Shown here piece by piece: positions 22,524 to 32,089 of a stretch of DNA of 64,000 nt. The stretch is from the NCBI GenBank assembly GCA_963664195.1, contig OY760907.1, forward strand, positions 2,560,001 through 2,624,000, in the 5' to 3' direction. Source of the stretch: an uncultured candidate division Zixibacteria bacterium (GTDB taxonomy: Bacteria > Zixibacteria > MSB-5A5 > GN15 > FEB-12). Within the stretch, counting starts at the first letter, position 1. The number at the start of each line of letters is the position of its first letter. The notes below the pieces were generated by a model that saw nothing but the letters and a program-made list of their open reading frames with translations, was not told where the DNA came from and made no database searches. A program made the position numbers and the translations under genes.

Positions 22524-22916
22524 GTGGCAGATCCGAAGAAAAAAAGAACGAAGAAGAAAGCCGCACGGGTCGACTCTCACGGAGTCGTCCATGTCAAGGC
22601 TACTTTTAACAATACAATTGTGACTATTGCCGACTCCGTCGGCAAGACGATCTCCTGGGGCTCGGCCGGCAAAGTCGGTTTTAAGGGTTCCAAGAAGTCC
22701 ACACCGTTCGCAGCCCAGCTGGCCGGAAGTGCGGCCGCTAAAGAGGCTATTGCTCTCGGGTTGCGCAAGGTGGAAGTCTGGGTGAAGGGCCCCGGATCGG
22801 GTCGTGAAGCGGCTATCCGCTCGCTGTCCGCTGCCGGACTCGAAGTTACGATGATTAAAGACGTAACCCCGATCCCGCACAATGGTTGTCGCCCGCCGAA
22901 GAGGCGCCGCGTCTAA
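22524..22916 (+). CDS. rpsK: 30S ribosomal protein S11
   Basis: [33 protein letters not shown]. Confidence 0.99.
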   Translation: MADPKKKRTKKKAARVDSHGVVHVKATFNNTIVTIADSVGKTISWGSAGKVGFKGSKKSTPFAAQLAGSAAAKEAIALGLRKVEVWVKGPGSGREAAIRSLSAAGLEVTMIKDVTPIPHNGCRPPKRRRV

Positions 22917-22963
22917 AGAGACGTTTCATTACGTCGGATATGATGAAACTTACGGGAGAATAG

Positions 22964-23590
22964 ATGGCTCGTTATCGTGATGCAAATTGTAAACTGTGCC
23001 GCCGGGAAGGCGAAAAGCTTTTCCTGAAGGGTGCCCGCTGTATGAGCGACAAGTGCGCCATTGAGCGGCGGCAGTATGCCCCCGGCCAGCACGGTCAGAA
23101 CATGCGCCGCAAAGTGTCGGCCTATGGTCTGCAGTTGCGCGAAAAGCAAAAGGTCCGCCGTACTTACGGTGTGCTCGAAACGCAGTTCCGCAACTACTTC
23201 AAAGCGGCCGACAAAAAGACCGGCATTACCGGTGAAAACCTCATTGCCGTTCTGGAACGTCGTCTGGACAATATCGTCTACCGTCTGGGCTTTGCCCCGT
23301 CGCGGAAGGCTGCCAGGCAGTTGGTAGGACACCGGCACATCCTGGTCGACGGTCGTATCGTTGATATTGCGTCGTATCTCATCAAGCCCGGTCAGGTCAT
23401 TAAGGTCAAGGACAAATCCAAAAACCTCGATCTCGTCCATGGCGCGCTGAAAATGGGACGCGGCGATGAGTATCCGTGGCTGCGGTTAAACAAAGCGGCT
23501 CTCGAAGGTGAACTTCTTGAGGTGCCGAAGCGTGTTGACATACCGCTGACCGCGAATGAACAACTTATTGTTGAGTTGTACTCCAAGTAG
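22964..23590 (+). CDS. rpsD: 30S ribosomal protein S4
   Basis: [22 protein letters not shown]. Confidence 0.99.
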   Translation: MARYRDANCKLCRREGEKLFLKGARCMSDKCAIERRQYAPGQHGQNMRRKVSAYGLQLREKQKVRRTYGVLETQFRNYFKAADKKTGITGENLIAVLERRLDNIVYRLGFAPSRKAARQLVGHRHILVDGRIVDIASYLIKPGQVIKVKDKSKNLDLVHGALKMGRGDEYPWLRLNKAALEGELLEVPKRVDIPLTANEQLIVELYSK

Positions 23591-23622
23591 CACAATAACC
23601 GGGTCTGGGAGGTCCGTGGCAT

Positions 23623-24606
23623 ATGAAATGGAAGCCTTTGACAATGCCGAAAGAGATCGTTAACGATCAGTCGTCGGCCACAGAAAACTATTCTCGTTTC
23701 ATCATTGAACCGCTCGAAAGAGGATACGGCATGACGCTGGGGAATGCCCTGCGGCGTGTCCTGCTTTCCTCTATACAGGGAGGGGCAGTGGTATCTATGC
23801 GGATCAAGGGCTGCCTCCACGAATTCTCGACGGTCCCCGGCGTGTTCGAGGATGTGACCAATATCGTGCTGAATGTCAAGAAGGTCATCCCGATCATGCA
23901 CGGCGACGGCCTTCGTGTGCTTCGGTGCAAAACCAACCAGAAGGGTGTGGTAACAGCTGGCTCCTTTGGCGGCGACACTGAAGTGGAGATCCTCAACCCC
24001 GATCTGAAGATCTGTGAGTTGACCGATGACGTTGAGTTCGAAATGGAACTCGATATCGATTCCGGTCGAGGATACCATATCGCGGAGCTGAATCAGCGCG
24101 AAGATGCTCCGACTGACACGGTCTATGTCGATTCGCTGTTCTCGCCGATCACCAAGGTGTCTTTCTACGTGGAGAACACTCGTGTCGGACAGAAAACTGA
24201 TTACGATCGTTTGATTCTTGAGTTGAACACCGACGGTTCAATTACGCCGGAGGATTCGCTGAGTTATGCGGCAAAAATGCTCAAAGACCATTTGCAAATG
24301 TTCATCCACATGGATGAAGAAGTAATGGTTGAGAAAGAGCCGGAAGAGGATGAAGAGGTCATCCGGGTTCGCAATCTGCTGAAAACCCGTGTTGATGAAC
24401 TCGAACTCTCTGTCCGCTCTTCAAACTGCCTCCGGGCAGCCAACATACAGACGCTTGAAGAACTCGTCACCAAGAGTGAAGCCGAGATGCTCAAGTATCG
24501 TAATTTCGGGCGCAAGTCGCTCAATGAGATAGGTACGTTACTGGAACAGATGGACCTGTCGTTTGGCATGGACATCTCTCAGTTCGTGGAACCTCAAAAA
24601 CAGTAA
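23623..24606 (+). CDS. rpoA: RNA polymerase alpha subunit
   Basis: EPLERGYGMTLGNALRRVLLSS, LELSVRSSNCL, NFGRKSL. Confidence 0.99.
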   Translation: MKWKPLTMPKEIVNDQSSATENYSRFIIEPLERGYGMTLGNALRRVLLSSIQGGAVVSMRIKGCLHEFSTVPGVFEDVTNIVLNVKKVIPIMHGDGLRVLRCKTNQKGVVTAGSFGGDTEVEILNPDLKICELTDDVEFEMELDIDSGRGYHIAELNQREDAPTDTVYVDSLFSPITKVSFYVENTRVGQKTDYDRLILELNTDGSITPEDSLSYAAKMLKDHLQMFIHMDEEVMVEKEPEEDEEVIRVRNLLKTRVDELELSVRSSNCLRAANIQTLEELVTKSEAEMLKYRNFGRKSLNEIGTLLEQMDLSFGMDISQFVEPQKQ

Positions 24607-24624
24607 AATATCCGAAAGTGAAAA

Positions 24625-25044
24625 ATGGGACATCAGGATAAGGTAAAAAAGCTCGGCCGGACGAAACCGCATCGCGAATCGATGCTCTCGAATATGGCCA
24701 TGTCACTGTTCACCCATCGGATGATAAAGACCACTGATGCGAAGGCCAAAGCTTTGCGCCCGGTAGTCGATCGTCTGATTACCATCGCAAAGAAAGATAC
24801 GCTCGCCTCCAAGCGCCAGGTCGCCAAAACGATCCACGTCAAAGAGGTGTTCAAGAAGTTTTATGCTGAGATCGTGCCGCAGTTTGCCGATCGTGATTCC
24901 GGTTATACCCGGGTCATGAAACTGGGCGTGCGTCGCGGCGATGGTGCCCCGGTGTCTGTTGTCGAGCTGATGATCGAGAAGCCGAAAGAAGAGACCGACG
25001 ACAAGAAGAAAGCCAAGAAAGTCGCCAAGGCTGCAGCCAAATAG
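24625..25044 (+). CDS. rplQ: 50S ribosomal protein L17
   Basis: KLGR...IKTTDAKAK, GYTRVMKLGVRRGDGA. Confidence 0.98.
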   Translation: MGHQDKVKKLGRTKPHRESMLSNMAMSLFTHRMIKTTDAKAKALRPVVDRLITIAKKDTLASKRQVAKTIHVKEVFKKFYAEIVPQFADRDSGYTRVMKLGVRRGDGAPVSVVELMIEKPKEETDDKKKAKKVAKAAAK

Positions 25045-25093
25045 GCACCGTTCCGATTAGTCGGCGATTGTCGCTCTGACTTGTTGAAGACAT

Positions 25094-25130
25094 AGAAGAC
25101 CTGCTCTTTCCGAGCAGGTCTTCTTTTTGT
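25094..25130 (+). terminator. Intrinsic terminator of the alpha operon
   Basis: AGAAGACCTGCTC-tttcc-GAGCAGGTCTTCT stem followed by T tract. Confidence 0.9.
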
Positions 25131-25338
25131 GACGTTGCCGCCCTGTTGCCGCCACGCCACATGACAGACCTTCTATCTCTACTGCACGCTACGGCACTAC
25201 CAAATCGCTTGATTCAAGCTCCGGCAATTGTTATATAACGGCTAAGCCAAGACATTAACTCAGGCTCAGAACCGCATGGCTCGGAGTCTCTTGGCCTCGA
25301 AGTGCTGGCAGAACTGTTATCAACCTCAGGGGAGTGTT

Positions 25339-25791
25339 ATGGAAAACGAGAAAAAAGGCGGAATGTCGAAAGGCTGTCTTGTCGGCCTGATCATCGCCGG
25401 AGTCCTCCTGGTTATTGTCATCGTAGGGATTGTGCTTGTTGTTGCCTACAAGGACGACCTTGGCAAAATGGGCGCTGTTACCGTGGTGAACCAGGCGAAG
25501 CAGATAGTTGCCGACAATCCGATCGAAGGTGTAGACACGGCACAATTCAATGCTGTAGCAGATGCTTTCGCCGAAAAGATGACCGAGGATTCGACTGTCA
25601 ACCTGGAAAGTCTGGGCCTGTTTATGCAGAAACTGCAACCTCTGGTCGCTGACGGAGAAGTAAGCGCGTCGGATGCAGAGAAGATCAAAGAGGCCGTGGT
25701 CGATATCTATCCGGATATCGCCGACCTGCTGCCGACACAGGAGGTGGAAGAACCTGCGGCCGAAGTCGAGGAAGCCGTTACAGAAGAATAG
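25339..25791 (+). CDS. Hypothetical single-pass membrane protein
   Basis: GGGGAG RBS before ATG 25339; KKGGMSKGCLVG followed by hydrophobic segment; acidic C-terminus. Confidence 0.8.
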   Translation: MENEKKGGMSKGCLVGLIIAGVLLVIVIVGIVLVVAYKDDLGKMGAVTVVNQAKQIVADNPIEGVDTAQFNAVADAFAEKMTEDSTVNLESLGLFMQKLQPLVADGEVSASDAEKIKEAVVDIYPDIADLLPTQEVEEPAAEVEEAVTEE

Positions 25792-25858
25792 ATGACCCTG
25801 CGGGCCGGCTGTACGAAAGTGAAACCGGCGCTGCCTTCAACCGCCATGAGCAGGTAGT

Positions 25859-26509
25859 ATGACAACAACCCTCACAATTGTTTTTGTCGCATACCTGGTC
25901 GGAGCGATTCCGTTCGCTCTCATCGTCGCCCGACTCTACGGTATAAAGGACATTCGCAAGGTCGGTTCAGGAAACGTCGGCGCCACCAACGTGCAGCGCG
26001 CCGCCGGATTCAAAGCCGCCGTGTGGGTGTACGTATTCGATATCAGCAAGGGGGTTGTTCCGGTGTTGATCGCCAAGGCGGTTGAGCAGGACGTTATGCC
26101 GCGCGACCTGTTTCTGGTTGTCGTGGCACTGGCCGCCATCCTCGGGCATGTGTTTCCTCTCTATTTGAAGTTCAAGGGTGGCAAAGGAGTGAACACCGCT
26201 CTTGGCACCATGCTGGTGCTGATGCCGATTGAGGCTGCCTGCGCTGTTGGCGTGTTTCTTGTCGTTGTGTCCCTGTCACGCTACATTTCGCTCGGCTCCA
26301 TTTGCGGGGCGCTGACCTTGCCTCTGGCGCTCGTAGTAGAAACGTATGCACTTGACCGCCCCACGGCGACCGTGTACTGGATCCTGGCTGTGTTCATGGC
26401 TCTGGTCATCCCGTTAGCTCATCACCAGAACATTCGACGCCTGATCGCAGGCAACGAGAACCGCTTCAGTTTCCGTTCTCAAGCTGACAACGGGGGGGCG
26501 CATGTCTAA
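25859..26509 (+). CDS. plsY: Glycerol-3-phosphate acyltransferase PlsY
   Basis: GSGNVGATN, GHVFP..FKGGKGV, HHQNIRRL. Confidence 0.97.
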   Translation: MTTTLTIVFVAYLVGAIPFALIVARLYGIKDIRKVGSGNVGATNVQRAAGFKAAVWVYVFDISKGVVPVLIAKAVEQDVMPRDLFLVVVALAAILGHVFPLYLKFKGGKGVNTALGTMLVLMPIEAACAVGVFLVVVSLSRYISLGSICGALTLPLALVVETYALDRPTATVYWILAVFMALVIPLAHHQNIRRLIAGNENRFSFRSQADNGGAHV

Positions 26510-27509
26510 ACGGGTGACGATTCTGGGAGCCGGCTCCTGGGGCATGGCGGTCGGACACCTGTTACATTCTGCGGGTTGCTCCGTGACGATGTGGGAACAC
26601 AATGCCGAAGATTACCGGAGTCTTGTCACTACTCGCACCAACCCCGGTAAACTCGGTGATTTCGCACTTCACGACAGCATCAGGTTGACCGACAAGCTGG
26701 CATCAGCAGTCGATGAAAAAGACGTTGTCGTGTCCGCGATTCCCTCCCAGCATCTCCGGTCAGTCATTAAGCAGATCAGGGAACAGTTGGCGGGCGTTCC
26801 CGCATTTGTGAATCTGGCAAAAGGTGTGGAGCGCGAATCACTCAAGAGAATGTCCGAGGTTGTCTTTGATGAAACCGGTCTGTCGCCTGACCGGTATGTC
26901 ACGCTCTCCGGCCCGTCGCACGCTGAGGAGGTTGTGCAGGATATGCCGACGACTGTCGTGGCCGCGTCGCAATCCGATGACCGGGCCACTTTGGTACAGG
27001 AATTGTTCAGCGTCGGGCACTTCCGCGTGTACAAGAGTGACGATGTCGTGGGAGTTGAACTGGGAGGGGCGCTCAAGAATATCATAGCTATAGCGGCAGG
27101 GATTGTCGACGGACTCGGCATGGGGGACAACACCAAGGGGGCATTGATCACTCGCGGGCTGGCGGAAATCACGCGGCTCGGACTCGCCATGGACGCGCGG
27201 GCCGATACGTTCGCCGGGCTTTCGGGGATCGGGGACCTCATAACGACCTGTTTCTCGCGACACAGTCGCAACCGGTACGTCGGAGAACAGATCGGCAGGG
27301 GGAAAACATTGGACGAGGTTCTGGCGTCGATGAGTATGATCGCCGAAGGAATCGAAACCGCTAGATCGGGACGTGAACTGGCCCGGAGACACTGTGTCGA
27401 GGTTCCTATCACGGAACAAGTGTACCACGTGCTCTTCGACGGCAAACCGGCCCGACAGGCTGTCGGTGAACTTATGGAACGAAAGCTGCGCGCAGAACTC
27501 TGGCAATAG
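26502..27509 (+). CDS. gpsA: NAD(P)H-dependent glycerol-3-phosphate dehydrogenase
   Basis: GAGSWG, SGPSHA, GGALKNIIAIAAG, GLSGIGDL. Confidence 0.97.
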   Translation: MSKRVTILGAGSWGMAVGHLLHSAGCSVTMWEHNAEDYRSLVTTRTNPGKLGDFALHDSIRLTDKLASAVDEKDVVVSAIPSQHLRSVIKQIREQLAGVPAFVNLAKGVERESLKRMSEVVFDETGLSPDRYVTLSGPSHAEEVVQDMPTTVVAASQSDDRATLVQELFSVGHFRVYKSDDVVGVELGGALKNIIAIAAGIVDGLGMGDNTKGALITRGLAEITRLGLAMDARADTFAGLSGIGDLITTCFSRHSRNRYVGEQIGRGKTLDEVLASMSMIAEGIETARSGRELARRHCVEVPITEQVYHVLFDGKPARQAVGELMERKLRAELWQ

Positions 27510-27529
27510 GGGGGTCTGAAGGGGAGAAG

Positions 27530-27880
27530 ATGAAAAAGACTGATATTGAGGACAAACGGTACTACTCGATCAGCGAAGTCTCCCGGATGACCGGGCTGGA
27601 ACAGTATGTTCTGAGATACTGGGAGAAGGAATTCCCCACGCTCAAGCCTCGCAAGAATCGCGGGGGAAACCGGCTGTACACGTCGAAAGATATTGATCTC
27701 GTAAATCGTATTCACCACCTCCGCAAAGAGGAAGGGCTGACTATTGCCGGTACGCGTCACCGGCTCACGCTCCGTCGGTCGGGCGAGGAATCGTCGCCAT
27801 CGGCAAACAAAGCTCGCGTTAAGACGATTCTTGCGAAGATCAGGAAAGACGTAGAGGATCTGCTAAAAGATTTCTCTTGA
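27530..27880 (+). CDS. MerR-family HTH protein
   Basis: YYSISEVS...VLRYWEKEFP.LKP...GNRLY. Confidence 0.92.
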   Translation: MKKTDIEDKRYYSISEVSRMTGLEQYVLRYWEKEFPTLKPRKNRGGNRLYTSKDIDLVNRIHHLRKEEGLTIAGTRHRLTLRRSGEESSPSANKARVKTILAKIRKDVEDLLKDFS

Positions 27881-27950
27881 GTTTTGGTGATAATCCGCTA
27901 GATTCAGCCGTACCGGAGATCGTATCCGGTACGTATTGTCTGTGATGTGT

Positions 27951-28027
27951 CGGAGCGTGGCGCAGCTAGGTAGCGCACTCCCTTGGGGTGGGAGAGGTCG
28001 GCCGTTCAAATCGGCTCGCTCCGACCA
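27951..28027 (+). tRNA. tRNA-Pro(GGG)
   Basis: CGGAGCG acceptor, CTCCC-ttGGGgt-GGGAG anticodon arm, TTCAAAT T-loop, encoded CCA. Confidence 0.97.
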
Positions 28028-28171
28028 TTTTCCCCACCCAAATCAAGAAGCAACTTAAGTCATTGCCAGTTAATGTTATACGTATATACGCCGTGTCCGG
28101 CCGTCCCGGAGCGCGACGTTCTTTGCAGCTTAAAACTGGTCCGGGGGCGCACTTGTGTGTATGAGAAATGT

Positions 28172-28855
28172 ATGTCCGATCAGATCAATCAGATCAGCGT
28201 GCTGGTCATTGTGCCAGCGTATAACGCTGCGAGGCATCTTCCCGAACTCGTATCCCGACTTCGGATGTTCGTCTGTGATTCCAACCTGTTGATCATCAAC
28301 GACGGCTCCACCGATAACACTCTCGATGTCGTCCGACAGGAAAAAGTTAACTACATTTCATTTCCCGAGAATCGTGGCAAGGGCGCGGCGCTCAAGGCCG
28401 GGTTTGAGTATGCGATCGAAAACGGCTACCGTTCGGTTCTGACTATAGATGCCGATTTGCAGCACCCGCCGGAAGAAGTCCCCCGATTCCTTGCCGCCGA
28501 CAACGGGCATCATGTGGTCATCGGCACACGCAAAATGGACCTGAAAGTGATGCCCTGGCCTCGATGGCTGACCAATAATCTATCATCGCTAATTATATCC
28601 GTTTTCTCGCAGAGCCGTGTCCGCGACAGCCAATCAGGATTCCGTCTGATCCCGACTGAAGTTCTCAAGGCGATTCATTTGAAGACGGTCGGGTACGATT
28701 TCGAGTCCGAAATGTTGTTCAAGGCCGGGGCGCTGGGCTGCGGAATCTCCGAAGTACCGATATCGACTATTTACGAGGAGTCGACCTCGTATATCAACCC
28801 GTTGAAGGACACGCTTCGGTTCCTGAGACAGATTTGGAAACGTCTCTGGAGTTGA
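28172..28855 (+). CDS. GT2 glycosyltransferase (polyprenol-phosphate mannose synthase-like)
   Basis: VPAYNA, DGSTD, NRGKG, DADLQH, DSQSGFR; ORF-track start 27983 lies inside the tRNA. Confidence 0.92.
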   Translation: MSDQINQISVLVIVPAYNAARHLPELVSRLRMFVCDSNLLIINDGSTDNTLDVVRQEKVNYISFPENRGKGAALKAGFEYAIENGYRSVLTIDADLQHPPEEVPRFLAADNGHHVVIGTRKMDLKVMPWPRWLTNNLSSLIISVFSQSRVRDSQSGFRLIPTEVLKAIHLKTVGYDFESEMLFKAGALGCGISEVPISTIYEESTSYINPLKDTLRFLRQIWKRLWS

Positions 28856-28897
28856 TCGCCGCTTGCTTTTGCTCCCGCGCAGACCTACCTTCCTTGA

Positions 28898-29353
28898 ATG
28901 AAACTCAGTCAGTTCTTTTCAAACTACTTCACCGTCAGGGCCGAAATGCTCAGCGCAGTGGGGAGTCTTTCGCAGGAGCAGCTTGACTGGACACCGCCCC
29001 ATCACAAGAATTCCATAGGAAAACTGCTGTCACATATTGCCGATTGTGAGTATTTCTGGATTCGTGAAATCGCCACCCGCGAGATATCAGGGCCGGATTA
29101 CGACCAGTTTGACAGCGCGCGAACTCTGGCTGACAAGCTGGCGTTGTTAAAGGAGCAGGAAGACGTGTTCGCCGCGTTTATGGATCGGGAAGAAATCGAT
29201 GATTGGGATAGCGTCTTCTATGACGGCACCGAGGCAGGGGAGAAATTCTCCAAGCGCTGGCTGGTCTGGCACGTTGTCGAACACCAGGCAAGGCACAGAG
29301 GACAGATTTTCATGCTCATGAGCATGCAGGGATTGGAAGTACCGGATGTCTGA
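28898..29353 (+). CDS. DinB/YfiT-family protein
   Basis: SIGKLLSHIADCEYFW ... HVVEHQARHRGQI. Confidence 0.9.
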   Translation: MKLSQFFSNYFTVRAEMLSAVGSLSQEQLDWTPPHHKNSIGKLLSHIADCEYFWIREIATREISGPDYDQFDSARTLADKLALLKEQEDVFAAFMDREEIDDWDSVFYDGTEAGEKFSKRWLVWHVVEHQARHRGQIFMLMSMQGLEVPDV

Positions 29354-30107
29354 TAATATGAGAATTCTCATCACTAACGACGACGGCTATTACTCCGAAG
29401 GTATCAATGCGCTGTTCAAAGAGCTGTCGCGTTTTGCCGAGGTGTATCTTGTCGCGCCGGATCGTGAACAGTCGGCCAGTTCTCACTCGCTGACCCTGAA
29501 TCGCCCGCTTCGCATGCACAAGATCGATAAGCATCACTACACCACCGACGGAACCCCCACCGATTGTGTGATGCTGGCGCTGCACGTAGTATTCAAGAAT
29601 AAAAAACCGGACTTCATTGTCTCCGGCATCAACCACGGTGCCAACATGGGGGACGATGTCACCTACTCCGGCACGATAGCCGCCGCCATCGAGGGTGCTA
29701 TTCTGAATATACCGTCAATTGCGGCCTCAATGGCCAACTACGAGCCGGGAACACCGATGACACGAGCGGCGAAGTACATCGCGAAGATTGTCAAGAAACA
29801 TGACAAGTTTGAGTTGGCTCCCTCAAGCTTCCTCAATATCAACGTTCCGTGTGACAACGGCAAACCGTACAGGAATTTCGAGTTCACTCGCCAGGGGATG
29901 CGCCAGTATAAGGATGTCATCATCAAAAAGACAGACCCGCGGGGGCTTTCGTACTACTGGATCGGGGGGCGGCCAAAGTGGAGAATGACCAGGGGGACGG
30001 ATTTTGCGACGGTCAAGCGGGGGCTGGTTTCTATCACTCCGATGCAGCTTGAATTCACTGATGACCCCGCTCTGAAGCGTTTGGCCGCATCTGGATTGAA
30101 GCTCTAG
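29346..30107 (+). CDS. surE: 5'/3'-nucleotidase SurE
   Basis: ILITNDDG, DGTPTDCV, SGINHGANMG..YSGT. Confidence 0.97.
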   Translation: MSDNMRILITNDDGYYSEGINALFKELSRFAEVYLVAPDREQSASSHSLTLNRPLRMHKIDKHHYTTDGTPTDCVMLALHVVFKNKKPDFIVSGINHGANMGDDVTYSGTIAAAIEGAILNIPSIAASMANYEPGTPMTRAAKYIAKIVKKHDKFELAPSSFLNINVPCDNGKPYRNFEFTRQGMRQYKDVIIKKTDPRGLSYYWIGGRPKWRMTRGTDFATVKRGLVSITPMQLEFTDDPALKRLAASGLKL

Positions 30108-30182
30108 CCGCGGTATGGTGGCGTACGATTCAGCCTATTTTCTCGCGAGACCTTGATCCGTCACTATTTCGTCCGATAACTC

Positions 30183-30210
30183 TTGACAACCGCCCCAAAT
30201 CCAATATGTT
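30183..30210 (+). promoter_or_regulatory. Putative sigma70 promoter for tRNA-Pro(CGG)
   Basis: TTGACA-16nt-TATGTT, ending 17 nt before the tRNA. Confidence 0.6.
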
Positions 30211-30227
30211 AGGGGCTACTTGAGACT

Positions 30228-30301
30228 CGGGGCGTGGCGCAGGTTGGTAGCGCGCTTGGTTCGGGACTAAGAGGTCGCTGGTTCAAATCCAGTCGCCCCG
30301 A
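30228..30301 (+). tRNA. tRNA-Pro(CGG), CCA not encoded
   Basis: CGGGGCG/CGCCCCG acceptor, CTTGG-ttCGGga-CTAAG anticodon arm, GTTCAAATC. Confidence 0.96.
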
Positions 30302-30419
30302 TTTTTTCAAGTACTACCGGGAGATTCCATAGACCAGCATCACATTGATTTGCAGCGGCCTGCCGGTTGCAAGGCCAGCCGCCGATTGCAATTTCCAGTT
30401 GAAAGGGTGAGCAGAGGGT

Positions 30420-30899
30420 ATGTCAACGGAGAGAAAACCTGTTGTAGCTGTCATCGGTGCAAGCAAGTGCTCTAAGAAGCTTCGGGATATGGCCGCGGTC
30501 GTAGGCAAATACGTAGCCGAAAACGGCGGCGTAATTGTGTGTGGTGGTATGGGGGGAATCATGGAAGGGGCAGCCCGCGGAGCCAAAGAGGGGGGCGGGG
30601 AGACGATCGGTATACTTCCCTCCAGCAATCCGGACGATGCCAACGAATTCATCGATTTTGCAATCCCGACCGGTTTCGGCGAAGCCCGAAATGTTATGGT
30701 TGTGCGAACTGCCGACGTTGTTGTAGCTTTCCCCGGTAAGTTTGGCACTCTTTCAGAAATGGCGTTTGCCCTCCAGGCCAAAAAGCCGGTGATTTCCATC
30801 TCGGCGTGGAAACTCGGCAGCGAGATCATTCAAATGGACGATCCGCTCGAGGCGGCTGAAAAAGCGATGGAGCTGGCACAAGCACAAGAAGACCAGTGA
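30420..30899 (+). CDS. LOG-like (TIGR00725-type) nucleotide-binding protein
   Basis: CGGMGGIMEG, GEARN, PGKFGTLSE (variant of PGGxGTxxE). Confidence 0.88.
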   Translation: MSTERKPVVAVIGASKCSKKLRDMAAVVGKYVAENGGVIVCGGMGGIMEGAARGAKEGGGETIGILPSSNPDDANEFIDFAIPTGFGEARNVMVVRTADVVVAFPGKFGTLSEMAFALQAKKPVISISAWKLGSEIIQMDDPLEAAEKAMELAQAQEDQ

Positions 30900-31174
30900 G
30901 TCTTGTTCGCGTACATCTGACTATCAGGGGAATGGTGCAGGGGGTTGGCTATCGGTATTTCTGTTACCGAACCGCGCTCGGACTCGGTCTGAACGGCTGG
31001 ACGCGAAACATGCCCGACGGTTCCGTGCAGGTCGAAGTTGAGGGGGACCGCGGAACGGTCGAGATACTCATCAAAGAACTCACCGTCGGCCCCAGCCATG
31101 CGAACGTCACCAACGTAGAACCGGAATGGCGGGAATACACCGGCAGATTTAATCGTTTTGAGATCAGGGGTTAG
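30896..31174 (+). CDS. acyP: Acylphosphatase
   Basis: GMVQGVGYRY, GWTRNMPDGSV. Confidence 0.95.
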   Translation: MSLVRVHLTIRGMVQGVGYRYFCYRTALGLGLNGWTRNMPDGSVQVEVEGDRGTVEILIKELTVGPSHANVTNVEPEWREYTGRFNRFEIRG

Positions 31175-31178
31175 CGAA

Positions 31179-31703
31179 GTGGAAGAGATCAAGAAATACA
31201 TTCGCAGTGTACAGGACTTTCCCAAAGACGGAGTCGTTTTTTACGATATTACCACGCTCATGCAGGACCCGACCGGGTTTGAGCTGGCTCTCAACGGTAT
31301 GCAGACGTATGTCGAAAGCTGCGAGCCGGAGAAAATCCTGGCGGTGGAATCGAGAGGATTCGTATTTGGCGCGGCTCTGGCTGACCGTCTTGATCTACCG
31401 CTTGTCCCGGCGAGAAAACCGGGGAAACTGCCCTTCACGACCATTTCGGAAGAATATGCTCTTGAGTACGGGACTGACCGTTTGGAACTCCACGCCGACG
31501 CCGTAAGCGAAGGGGAGAGGGTGGTGATTGTCGACGACCTGATCGCAACCGGCGGCACGCTGGCAGCCTGCTGCAAACTGGTGGAGCGATTGGGGGGCGT
31601 TGTGGCCGGGATATCTTCGGTGATCGGATTGACTTTTCTGCCGTACGCGAGCGCTCTTGAGGGTTACGACTACAATTACCTGATCACGTACGACTCGGAG
31701 TAG
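31179..31703 (+). CDS. apt: Adenine phosphoribosyltransferase
   Basis: DFPKDGVVFYDIT, RKPGKLP, YALEYG, VDDLIATGGT; GTG start preferred over TTG 31158. Confidence 0.96.
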   Translation: MEEIKKYIRSVQDFPKDGVVFYDITTLMQDPTGFELALNGMQTYVESCEPEKILAVESRGFVFGAALADRLDLPLVPARKPGKLPFTTISEEYALEYGTDRLELHADAVSEGERVVIVDDLIATGGTLAACCKLVERLGGVVAGISSVIGLTFLPYASALEGYDYNYLITYDSE

Positions 31704-31712
31704 TCTACTAGT

Positions 31713-31744
31713 AAGTCATCCTGAGCTTGTCGAAGGGTGGCCCT
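31713..31744. repeat. 32-bp intergenic repeat, copy 1
   Basis: AAGTCATCCTGAGCTTGTCGAAGGGTGGCCCT; differs at 2 positions from 32058-32089. Confidence 0.85.
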
Positions 31745-31758
31745 CTTTCCAAGTCTTT

Positions 31759-31961
31759 GTAGGGCAGATTTGTCCGCAAACCTGCCAATCACAATGTCGA
31801 ACCTTTCTGGTTCGACCTTTCCGGCAGGTCTGAAGACAGACCCGCCCTACAAGATGAAAGCTAGTCCTCGTAGGGCAGATTTGTCCGCAAAAAGGCCAAT
31901 CACAATGTCGAGCCATTCTGGTTCGACCCTTTCGGCAGGTCTGAAGACAGACCTTCCCTAC
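31759..31961. repeat. Two tandem 92-bp GTAG-REP doublets (REPIN-like), 31759-31850 and 31870-31961
   Basis: Each unit runs GTAGGGC...CCCTAC with terminal hairpins and a central TCGA..TCGA hairpin; period 111 bp. Confidence 0.9.
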
Positions 31962-32010
31962 GAATCTACTACTGCCAGCCTAAGCCTACCCGAGAAACCC
32001 GACATCCTTC

Positions 32011-32039
32011 TTGCTCTTCTCCCAAGACTTTCGTAAATT
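32011..32039 (+). promoter_or_regulatory. Putative sigma70 promoter for tRNA-Arg
   Basis: TTGCTC-17nt-TAAATT. Confidence 0.45.
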
Positions 32040-32057
32040 TCCGGCCGTTCAAAGAAC

Positions 32058-32089
32058 AAGTCACCCTGAGCCTGTCGAAGGGTGGCCCT
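32058..32089. repeat. 32-bp intergenic repeat, copy 2
   Basis: AAGTCACCCTGAGCCTGTCGAAGGGTGGCCCT. Confidence 0.85.

Noticed and set aside
25792..25835. GATGA...GAAA..GAAAC segment resembling a hammerhead ribozyme
   Set aside because: Lacks the CUGANGA core and the three-stem junction.
27983..28171. N-terminal extension of the GT2 ORF in the track
   Set aside because: Starts inside tRNA-Pro(GGG); homology begins at ATG 28172.
31716..32036. Short ORFs with internal peptide repeats (31716-31916 minus, 31737-32036 plus), and a possible CRISPR array
   Set aside because: They are translations of the 92-bp DNA repeats; only two long units, no repeat-spacer array and no cas genes.
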